From Squalus acanthias (lineage: Eukaryota), in contig CM059432.1 in NCBI GenBank assembly GCA_030390025.1, positions 69,504,001 to 69,568,000 on the forward strand: 64,000 nucleotides of DNA, in the 5' to 3' direction. Made by a program: the position numbers and the translations under genes. Positions within the stretch are counted from its first letter, which is position 1. The number at the start of each line of letters is the position of its first letter. The notes under the pieces were generated by a model. That model did no database searches and was not told the origin of the DNA. It was given only the letters and a program-made list of their open reading frames with translations. Of this stretch, positions 24,221 to 35,045 are shown one piece after another.

Positions 24221-26383
24221 GTATGTATTGATTAACTGTGGTCTATTATTGTGTGGGGTACAGAAAATAATTGAAAAGGTTTTTTAATGTATATTGTTCA
24301 TCTTATAGTAAATATTTTTTTTGGAGATTTTGGATATGTAGATATCATGCAATGTACGTTCCTGGGATGTTGGAACAGCGTTGCCATTTAAAAAAAATAA
24401 TCATTTTGGAGTTCAAATCAGATCAGTATTTCTTTTCAATGCATTTTCAATGGAGCATGTTCCTAATATCACACTTTAGTAGTATGTTTTGATGGCAAGC
24501 TAATTTTTATATATTTCATTCTTACCTTCAGTTATGTACAAAAAAGTTCAATCCAGTTCCTTTATTTTACTTATATTTTAATAGGCACTATTAGGTAAAT
24601 TATACTAATGAATCCTGCAGGGATAGAGTCGTAACTGCTGGAAGCTCATATAATGAAATTGCAGTAATCGCAATAAAATTAATGGGCAGAAAATTGTACG
24701 AAGCATCCTAGTGATTTACTGCTAGGTGCCAGGAGCGCACATTTGTAAAATGTATCATTATATAGTTCGTGTTTTTGTCCTATATGCAAATATTCTTTTA
24801 AGTCACAATTATTTTACTCATCATTTACCCGCAATGCATAAGTCAATTATTTAGTTACTGACATAAAGTTGAATATTTCTGACATTTTAGAAGTTCTCTG
24901 TTTCTGGAGAGTCTTGAGAGTGCCTCATATGCTATAGAATTGATCAGCTAATAATCAATTTAGAATTAATCATAAGAATTTAATTAATAGAAATCTTGGA
25001 ATGAGAAAAGAACAATTGGCCTGTTTGTTCTATCATGGACTCTGCCACATCTTTTTGCTATCTTGAGAGAACGTTCTGTATAAATACTTCCTGATTCCCA
25101 AAAGTAATAAAGTAAAAATCCAGAATATTAATCTCTGCTATTCAAACCTAGCCAACTGCCCTCCACAGACAATGTTCACTCTCCTCCCCAGGACTATCAG
25201 GAAAGGACCACCATGTCCCTGGGAATATTTGATTATCTTAGTCTTTACCTATCCCTATAAACTTTAACCTCATTCCCAACCAGATATTTTTCCAGCTTAT
25301 GTTCTACATATCCACTGCTATGTGGGGAGAATAAAATCTTCTAATCTCTTGTCTCGCTTGAAATTTATTAATCTTAAGCCTATGCCCTCTTATTCTGAGC
25401 TCACTCAAGCAGCACACTTACATCTACATCATCTCCCTCTCAGTATTTTAAAGAGCTATATCATGTCTCCCTCTATATTCCTTTCATCAGTGAAAACATG
25501 ATTCTTCTTTGAACATTCTGCATCTACCATCGCATTAAGGCCTAGCTTGATTGGTTCTAGGGAGACAATGGAGCAATTTTCAACTGCCAGCCGCCTGTTT
25601 GCCACCTGTCCAACGGGCAGTCGGTAGCTGAAAAATTGGTGGGGGCACCTCAGCTGTGCCATTGACGTCCAAGGCCTGGTTGATGTAATTTTCAGGTGGG
25701 CCTGTAAATGGATGAGCAGCCCGCTTGCTTATTTTTGGCAGGAGGCTGCTCAAATATGCAACTCCGGGGTTCTATGCCACTTGTCGGATCCCTGCTACAA
25801 TTTTCAGGTACAAATGAGCAGAATGTGCACCACGCTTGCTCTGCCCATTTCTACCAGGCACTGAGCAGCCGAACCAGCAGCTCTTAAAGGGACCGCTGGA
25901 GGCTGCTCAAAAAATGGTTGAAAAAATATTTAATATTTATTTTGTGGGACTAGGAAGAACAGGAATGCTATCCCTGAGGCCACAAAAAAGCTTCAGCACA
26001 GTACCAGACTGTGCAAGCACCACCCCCCCCCCCCCCCCGTCCCCCTCCGGATTGCTTTCTTCCCCAGGCCCGACCTGGCAGCTGGCTCAACATGCGAGCC
26101 AGCTGATTTCCTGCTATTCCACAAGTGAGCTGCAGCGGAGTGCCACAGCTAGCTGGTGACATTTAAATGATGGGTAACTCTCGATCACACTTCTGGCAGA
26201 CAGACTCTCAGAATTACATCTCCTCCAAGCTCTGAGCCTTTATTTAGTTCCGTATTCTAACATAGTCTAACTAATCATTTGTATGGACTTAATATTACCT
26301 TTTTTACCTATATCTGTGCTTCTATTTATTTAACCTGGAGAACATTTTTTTACACCTTTCAACTATCCTCTCATTTTTGTGTA

Positions 26384-26773
26384 TTTTTTTTTATTCATTC
26401 ATGGGATGTGGACGTCACTGGCAAGGCCAGTATTTATTGCCCCCGAGAAGGTGGTGGTGTACTGAATGACTTGCTAAGCCATTTCAGAGGGCAGTACAAG
26501 AGTCAACCACATTGCTGTGGGTCTGGAGTCACATATAGGCCAGACCAGGTAGATTCCCTTCCCTAAAGGACATTAGTGAACCAGATGGGTTTTTACAACA
26601 ATCCGTTACTGATACTAGCTTTTTATTCCAGATTTATTTAATGAACTGAATTTTAATTCCCCAGCTGTGGGATTTGAACTGTTGTCTCTAGATCATTAGT
26701 CCAGGCCTCTGGATTACTAGTCCAGGCCTCTGGACTACTAGTCCAGTAACATAACCACTATGCTACTGTTCCC
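26384..26773 (-). mobile_element. tRNA-derived SINE (SacSINE1/DeuSINE-like) with LINE-derived 3' tail
   Basis: On -: A box TAGCATAGTGG, B box GTTCAAATCC; body matches 53625-53920 and tail matches 57635-57720; ends in poly(A). Confidence 0.8.
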
Positions 26774-27516
26774 ATGTATTCCTAAGGCTCTCTGCTCTTC
26801 TTCTTTTAAAGTTTTACCATTTATTGTGTGTATTTCCTCCCAAAGGGGAGAATTTTAACCCCAAAAAACGGGTAGGTTGGGGTCAGGTGGGAGGTTAAAG
26901 AGTTAAAAAACTGAATCCCGATTCCAACCCACCTCCAACCACCCAAGGCAGGACAGAGGATGGGAAGCCAACTCGCTCACAGGTGGCGAGTTGCCACTTT
27001 AAATAATATAATGAGGCTGCGTGCCTCATGGTGATCTACCAGTTTAAATTTAACTGTGGGCGGGTTTCCTGGGCCATTGGGAACCTGCCAGCTAAAGGAA
27101 GGCGAGGACTCCAGGAGGTACGTGCTTTTCCACTTGCCTGTTGGATCCAGCGTTCCTGCCTCGCCAACTCCCAGCAGTCAGACACCCTCCTGACCCTGTG
27201 CAGTGGGCTGCACAGAGTGATCCTAAATGGAGTGCTTCCAGACAGAGTGTTAAATTGGGAATTTGGAGTGAGTGGGAGTCTCTGGTAAGTACTAGGTAAG
27301 TAGTAGTTGTAAAAAGTGGAATTTCGTTGAACATTTTGAATTTAACCTAGAACTTTAAAAACTGTAGTTAACAGAAACTGCCTGCCAGTGGCAGTTAACT
27401 GTCAGTCAGCTGTAAGTGTTCGTCTTAAATAGGTGCTAATTACTGTGAGCAGGAGCAGGAGCTGAGACAGCACTTGTAACTTGGTGTGGCTCCAAGTGTA
27501 TAAAAGTAAACAGTAA

Positions 27517-27860
27517 ATAAAAACAGAAAATGCTGGAAATACTCAGCAGGTCAGGCAGCATCTGTAGAGAGAGAAACAGAGTTAACGTTTCAGGTCGATG
27601 ACCCTTTGTCAGAACTGGAAAAAGTTGGAGATGTAACAGGTTTTTAAGCAAGTGTAGGGGCAGGGAAACGGGGGAGGGGGTGGGGTGGGGTGGGCCGGGG
27701 CAGGGAAGGTCTGCGATAGGCTGGAAGGCAGGAGAGATTAAGAGACAAAAGGGATGATGGTGCAAGGCAAAAGGAGATGATAATGGGACAAGTTAAGAAA
27801 TGAAAGATGACTCTAGATGAAGTGTAAATGGCAATGGCAGAATGATCGAAAGCTGCCATG
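27517..27860 (-). mobile_element. Penelope-like fragment (family 2) with degenerate hammerhead motif
   Basis: On -: AGUU-CUGACAA-AG-GGUC-AUC-GACC-U-GAAA-CG-UU-AACU (about 27580-27616); core G8 replaced by A. Confidence 0.65.
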
Positions 27861-30366
27861 TGTAACTGCTGACGCATAGTGGTTGCACAGAGTGATCCTA
27901 AACGGAGTGCTTCTAGACAGAGTGCTAAATTAGGAATTTGGAGTAAGTGGGAATTCGGAGGAGAGAGCAAAAGGAGCGGCCGGAGATAAAGGTAGGTTCG
28001 AGAGCCCGGAGGGAGTGCGAGCCTGAGGGACTGAGGTAAGTGACGTCAGCATAATGGAAGGAGCTAAAGAGAAAAAAAATCAAATTGGCGAGTAGCTGGT
28101 GATTGTTCTTTTATTTATTTTATTTCTGTTAAGTTAGTTAATAGTCTATTAAGTAGAGGCATGGCAGGGCACCTCAGTCCCGTGGAATGCACATCCTGTT
28201 CCATGTGGGAACACCAGGATGCTTCCAGTGTCCTGGACAAACACGTGTGCAGGAAGTGTCGTCAGCTGGAGGAGCTCAGGCTCTGGGTTTTGGAGCTTGA
28301 GCAGCAGCTGGCGTCACTGCGGTGCATCCGTGAGGCTGAGAGCTTCATGGATAGCACGTTTCAGGAGGTGGTCACCCTGCAGCGTAAGGGTGTGCAAGCA
28401 GACGGAATGGGTGATCGTCAGATAGACAAGGAGGACCAGGCAGGTAGTAGAGGAGTCCCCTGAGTGCATCTCACTCTCCAACCGGTATTTACTGAAAATT
28501 TACTGAGGATACAGAGCGGGAGATTCTGTGAGTATACAGAGCGGGAGATTCTGTGAGTATTTCTCTTTCTCTTTTTCTCAAACCATGGCATTGGTTTAAA
28601 TTAAGAGCCGTGATTATAGATTAAAAACTATATATAGACAATTGAGTGATATTCCAAAACATGAAAACCTAATTAGTTAAATAAAATACAATAGAGATGG
28701 CAGGGCAGATGATGTGCTGTAGGATGTGGGAGCTGGAGGACCCCAGTGTGAGCCACAGTGACCACAACTGCAGTAAGTCTCTGCAGCTCGAGGAACTTCG
28801 TCTCAGAGTTGATGAGCTGGAGTCCGAGCTTCAGACACTGCGCTACATCAGGGAAGGAGAAAGTTACCTGGATACTTTGTTCCAGGAGGCAGTCACACTC
28901 CTTAGGTTAAATACTTCAAATCTGGTCCATGGTCAGGGACAGGAGGGTGTGACTACGAGTGAGGCAGGTATGGGGATCCAGAAGGTAGCATTGGAGGAGC
29001 CTCAGCCCTTGCACTTGTCCAACAGGTAGAGGTTCTTGAAGCCTGTGTGGACGAGAGTAGGGACTGCAGGGAGGATGAGCAAACTGACCACAGCACCATG
29101 GTACAGGGGGCCATTCAAGTTGGGGGAGTAAAAAGGAATGTAGTAGTGGTAGGGGACAGTATAGTTGGGATAGATACTGTTCTCTGCAGCCGAGAGCGTG
29201 AGTCCCGAGGGTTGTGTTGCCTGCCAGGGTTACGGACATCTCCTCGGGTCTGGAGAGGAACTTGGAGTGGGAGGGGAATGATCCAGTTGTCGTGGTCCAC
29301 GTAGGTACCAACGACATAGGTAGGACTAAGAAAGAGGTTCTGCTGAGGGAGTATGAGCAGCTATGGCCAAATTAAAAAGCAGAACCACAAAGGTAATAAT
29401 CTCTGGATTACTACCTGAGCCACAAACAAATTGGCATAGTGTCAATAAGGTCAGAGCGTTGAATGAGTGGCTCAAAGACTGGTGTGGGAGAAATGGGTTT
29501 CGATTCATGGGGCACTGACACCAGTACTGGGGAAAGAGGGAGCTGTTCCTTTGGGATGAGCTTCACTTGAACCATGCTGGGACCAGTGTCCTGGCGAATT
29601 GAATAACTAGGGCAGTAGATAGGGCTTTAAACTAAATAGTGGGCGGGGGGAGGGTTCAGGTGAAGGGGAATTTAGAAAGTCAAAGAGAAAGGAGAAGGCA
29701 ATAATGCAGGGTAGTGATAGGGGTAATGATAACCAGAGTGTGACAGGAGGAGACAGAGCGTACGAACATAAGCGTGCACCAGCAAATAGAGTCAGAGTAG
29801 GGAAAAATGGTAAAAAGACAAAATTAAAGGCAATTATCTGAATGCCCACAGCATTCGTAACAAGATAGATAAGTTGACGGCACAAATAGAAATAAATTGG
29901 TATGATCTGATAGCCATTACAGAGATGTGGTTGCAAGGTGACCAAGGCTGAGAACTGAATATTCAGGGCTATTTGACATTTCGGAAGGATAGGCAGAAAG
30001 GAAAAGGAGGTGGGGTAGCTCTGTTAATAAAGGATGAGACCAATGCAGTGGTGAGAAATGATATTGGCTCAGAAGATCAAGATGTAGAATCAGTTTGGGT
30101 GGAGATAAGAAATAGTAAGGGAAATAACTCACTAGTGGGAGTAGTCTAAAGGCCCCCTAACAGTAGCTACCCTGTAGGGCAGAGTATAAATCAAGAAATA
30201 ATAGGTGCTTGTAAGAAAGGTACAGGGTTCCCTCCCCAACCGCCGGGGATATGTCCCTGAAAACCCCCGTGGTTGGTAAAACTGCGGTTGACAAATACAA
30301 GACCCTATGGGAAAAATGGGGTTAGGGGGAACGCGGCCGCATTTAAACTCTTCAGAGCCTGTGTAA

Positions 30367-30491
30367 GTTGCTTGTTCTTTTATTAAACACAAATAAAATA
30401 CACAATAACGTAACAAAAACAATAAATGTTGCTTGTTCTTTTATTAAACACAAATAAAATACACAATAACGTAACAAAAACAATAAATGTT
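30367..30491. repeat. Perfect 61-bp tandem duplication in the Tigger 3' region
   Basis: Unit gttgcttgttcttttattaaacacaaataaaatacacaataacgtaacaaaaacaataaat starts at 30367 and 30428. Confidence 0.9.
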
Positions 30492-30517
30492 CAAATACTG
30501 TAACACAATAAAAAAGA

Positions 30518-32191
30518 TCAACTGGGCGGTTTCATAAAGAATTCTGCGATGGATGGTTGACTCATTTTTTTCTGAATATCTTTCTGGACCTGCTTATATG
30601 GTCTCATTAAATCCTCCAAACCTCGCTTGAAATTTAAACTACGCTCCAAGAATGGGTCAATCTCCATAAAGAGGTCCGAGAGATTAGTAGCAAGGAGCAT
30701 TGCCTTGCTAAGGTTGGCACTTGTCATCTTAGACTTCTCCACCATATCCTCGTCTTCGTCCTCGTCCTCTGCCTCACTAGAATGCTGTATCGGCTCATCA
30801 AGGTCCTCCTCCGTCAACTCCTCGCCGTGCAACTCAAGGAGCTCCTCGATGTCATCAGGCTCTATGTCGGCCAGCCCCTCGCCTCCCAAACGTCGCGTAA
30901 CCTTCACAATGCGATCAACTTCATCGTCAACTGTAGGGAAGCCTCGGAAGTCATTCACTGCCTTCTTCCAAAGTTTACCCCGACAGGCATTGATTGTCAT
31001 CCTCTTCAGTTCATCCATCGATTCTTTTATGTTGGTGATGCAGTCAGCGATGGTGTAACCCTTCCAACAAGTTTTCACCGTCAGTGTTGCGTCATCCTCC
31101 ATAACCTCCATCATGCGGTCAAAGCTGCGTCATGTAGTATGCCTTGAAGGTGGCTATCACACCTTGGTCCATGGGTTGAAGGAGTGATGTGCTGGGAGGC
31201 AGGAAGACGACTTCGATATTAGGGTGGGCGAATTGGAGTGCTGGCGGGTGGCTGGGGTTATTGTCGAGGATGAGTAGGACCTTGAAGGCCAGATTTTCTT
31301 TCGCAAGGTACTGCTCCACGTCATGCACAAAACCGTTATGAAACCAGTCCATGAAGACTGCAGCAGTAACCCACGCCTTGCGGTTAGAACGCCAAAAGAC
31401 AGGTAGATAATTTTTGTTTTTGCCCTTCAGAGCGCGGGGATTAAGAGAGTGGTAGAGCAGCATCGGCTTCACTAAACAGTCTCCCTCGGCGTTAGCACAA
31501 AGGAGAAGGGTCACCCTATCCTTAGCCACCTTGAATCCCGAAGCATGCTTCTCCGCCTTCGCGATGAAAGTTCGGGAAGGCATCCACTTCCAGAAGAGAC
31601 CAGTCTCATCTGCATTAAATACCTGCTCTGGCAGGTAACCCTTCTCGGCGATCAACTTCTTCAGCTCCTCCGGGAACTTGGCAGCGGCCTCGTGATCGGC
31701 TGAGGCCGATTCCCCCACAACCTTGAGGTTAGTCAAGGCGAACCTCTTCTTAAAATTTTCCAACCAGCCCTTACTCGCTTGAAACTTTATGTCATCTACA
31801 CTTCCCCGGCAGCCACAGTAAGATGCTTGTAGATACTAAGGGACTTCTTACGTACCCATGCGGAATTAACATTCGCTTGTTTCTGGTTCTGGTCTTCCAA
31901 CCAGATATTAAGTGCCTTCTCCATTTTTTTCAAGCTTATGGTCCCGTGGCATAAACGACACTTTAGCACTTTTTGAAGAGCCACCCGCAATACTAGCCCT
32001 TATCGACACCTCACTTTTGTTCTGGTTCTAATGGTGGACTCATTAACCCCCATTAGTCGTCCAATCGACGCTGTACTTTCACCACGGGCAAGTCTATTAA
32101 CGACATCTAATTTCCTATCTAAGGTTAGTACATTCCTTGCCCTTTTCGCTATTGATTCGCCTTTACCACTGAGATTACGCTTAGGCGCCAT
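30518..32191 (-). pseudogene. Tigger-type transposase (HTH-psq, CENP-B HTH, DDD domain) with frameshifts
   Basis: MAPKR..LTLDRKLDVV..STIRT; MEKALNIWLE; NADETGLFWK, LLILDN, QPMDQGVI (all three Asp retained); split over 4 ORFs. Confidence 0.9.
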
Positions 32192-32573
32192 GATTAATGG
32201 CTAAATGTTCACACACGTGGTTGTTATTATGCTGAAAAGAGCGGCGCGGATGAATGCAGTCTCGTGTTTGGCAAACCGCGTATACGCAAAATTCACTGCT
32301 GCGGTTGGCAAAAATTGCCGCAGAGATGAAGCCGTGTATATGTGAAATCCGCATATGGCAAAACCGCGGTTGGGGCGGGATTCCTGTACTGCGATAAACA
32401 TGGGCGATTTTAATCTTCATATAGATTGGACAAATCAAATTGGCACGGGTAGCCTTGAGGACGAGTTCATAAAATGTATTCTGGATGGTTTCTTAGAACA
32501 ATACATTGTGGAACCAACCAGGGAGAAGGCTATTTTAGATCTGGTAATGTGTAATGAGACAGGATTAATTAAT

Positions 32574-32719
32574 ACAAAAGCAAAATACTGCGGATGCTGG
32601 AAATCTAAAATAAAAACAGAAAATGCTGGAAATACTGAGCAGGTCAGGCAGCATCTGTTTCTCTCTCTACAGATGTTACCTGACCTGCTGAGTATTTCCA
32701 GCATTTTCTGTTGTTATTT
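32574..32719. mobile_element. Fold-back Penelope-like insertion, family 2, up to 14-bp TSD
   Basis: ~50 bp inverted arms (aaaacagaaaatgctggaaatact..gcatctgt / acagatg..agtatttccagcattttctg); CAGGATTAATTAAT at 32560-32573 and 32720-32733. Confidence 0.8.
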
Positions 32720-34169
32720 CAGGATTAATTAATGATCTCATAGTAAAAGATGCTCTAGGGAAGAATGATCATAGCATGATAGAATTTCAAATTCAGTTTG
32801 AGGATGAGAAACTTGGGTCTGAAACTAGTGTCCTAAACTTAAATAAAGGCAATTACAAAGATATGAAGAAAGAGATGGCTAAAGTGGACTGGGAAAATAG
32901 ATTAAAGGATAAGACGGTAGATAAGCAGTGGCAGACATTTAAGGAGATATTTCATAACTCTCAGCAAAGGTTTATTCCAGTGAGAAAGAAAGACTCTATG
33001 AGAAGGATGAACCGTGGCTAACTAAGGAATTTAAAGATGGTATCAAATTGAAAGAAAAGGCATACAATGTTGCAAAGAGTAGTGGTAGGCCAGAGGATTG
33101 GGAAATTTTTAGAAACCAGCAAAGGATGACTAAAAAAATTATAAAGAGGGCGAAGATAGATTATGAAAGTAAACTAGCAAAAAATATCAAAACAGACAGT
33201 AAGAGCTTCTACAGGTATATAAAAGGGAAGAGAGTAGCTAAAGTAAATGTTGGTTCCTTAGAGGATGAGACTGGGGAATTAATAATGGGAAACGGAAATG
33301 GCAGAGACTTTGAACAAATATTTTGTATCAGTCTTCACGGTAGAAGACACTAAAAGCATCCCAATAATAATTGATAATCAAGGGGCTATAGGGAGGGAGG
33401 AACTTAAAACAATGACTTTCACTAGAGAAAAAGTACTAGGCAAACTAATAGGACTAAAGGCCGACAATTCCCCTGGACCTGATGACCTACAACCTAGGGT
33501 CTTAAAAGAAGTGGCCACAGAGATAGTGGATGTGTTGGTTGTAATCTACCCAAATTCCCTGGATTCTGGAGAGGTCCCAGCGGATTGGAAAACTGCAAAT
33601 GTAACGCTCCTATTCAAGAAAGGAGGGAGGCAGAAAGCAGGAAAGTATAGGCCAGTTAGCCTAACATCTGTCATTGGGAAAATGCTGGAATCCATTATTA
33701 AGGAAGTAATAGCAGGACATTTAGAAAATCATAATACAATCAAGCAGAGTCAGCATGGTTTTATGAAAGGGAAATCGTGTTTGACAAATTTACTAGAGTT
33801 CTTTGAGGATGTAACGAGCAGGATGGATAAATGGGAACCAGTAGATGTAGTGTATTTGGATTTCCAGAAGGCATTCGATAAGGTGCCACATAAAAGGTTA
33901 CTGCACAAGATAAGAGCTCATGGGTTTGGGGGTAATATATTAGCATGGATAGAGGATTGGCTAACTAACAGAAAACAGAGAGTCTGGATAAATGGGTCAT
34001 TTTCAGGTTGGCAAACTGTAACTAGTGGGGTGCCACAGGGATCAGTGCTGGGGCCTCAACTATTTACAATTTATATTAATGGCTTGGATGAAGGGACTGT
34101 GTGTACTGTAGCCAAATTTGCTGATGATACAAAGATAGGTGGGAAAGCAAGTTGTAAGGAGGACACAAA

Positions 34170-35045
34170 GGCCGCGATTTTTCAAATGGATGCGGCTTGG
34201 GAGCGGGTCAGCTGGTTTCCGGGTTCCAGTCCCGCCCTCAACTGCATCCGGCCAATGGACATGGTTTTACATCGATTGGCCTTGTTAAGCCCACCCTGCG
34301 GGCTTGCCGGCCAATTAAGAGGAAGCTGGTCAGATGATGTCATTTGATGACGTGTCATCTGCCAGTTTTCTTAAAGGGACCACGCACAATTTTTCTTTGA
34401 CAACTCATTTCTCAGTGTTTGACGGCATTGAGATGCTGCAAACCCTGACAATGACTGTTCACAGGTGAGCTCTTGCACCCAGACTCTCCAGTGACTTCCT
34501 CCTTAGGCTAAAGCAGATGGCAGCTGCAGGTGAGGTTACAGAAGCAATCTGTCACTGATGAGAGAGGTTCTCCCAATGAGGTGGGACTAGACAGCCAATT
34601 CAAAACTTGTTACCTACAGAAAAGAGTAAATACATTAAAAATGATTTTCCCAACATTTTCTTACCTCTGAAACTCACCAGTGCACCATTAGATCCTTCAC
34701 ACCACTTCTGCAGCTGTCATCAATGCAGAAACATTACAGCAGACTCTCAACGCGCCACACTTACCTGGCGTGGTGTCTGGACGTCGGGGAACCCGAGGCA
34801 GAAGCGGCAAAATTGAAGAAGAGCCTGTTAACAAGTATCAGGTACCTGTTAACAGCCAGGTAAGTGGCTATAATCCTCATCCCACCGTTAGGTGTCGGGT
34901 CCATGTGCAAGTCAGGGACCTGACACTTGGGAAGATTGATTGGAGGCAGGTTGACAGCGGGTTTCCTGCCCGCTCTCAATCTTTGCGATTTTGACAGCGG
35001 TCCCGCCTCCAATCCCGTACTCTGAGGACCGGCAAAATTCCGGCC
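34170..35045. mobile_element. Non-autonomous Harbinger-like MITE in the CR1 RT, TSD AAA
   Basis: TIRs GGCCGCGATTTT / AAAATTCCGGCC (left TIR identical to H4); removal restores gaggacac-AAA-gagtctgcaaagggat. Confidence 0.88.

Larger units (their letters stand above)
30223..32386 (-). mobile_element. pogo/Tigger DNA transposon, full length, TA TSD
   Basis: 21-bp TIRs CAGGGTTCCCTCCCCAACCGC / GCGGTTGGGGCGGGATTCCTG (18/21 match), flanked by TA; removal restores the CR1 endonuclease region. Confidence 0.92.

Noticed and set aside
28161..29029. Tandem duplication of a novel Cys-rich/leucine-zipper gene
   Set aside because: Both are CR1 ORF1 N-termini, explained by CR1-B inserting into CR1-A, whose ORF1 resumes near 35920.
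30518..32191. Domesticated TIGD/CENP-B gene
   Set aside because: Frameshifted and bounded by TIRs and a TA TSD inside a LINE.
33298..34347. Intact 349-aa reverse transcriptase gene
   Set aside because: Fragment of CR1 ORF2; everything after position 34169 reads into the inserted MITE.
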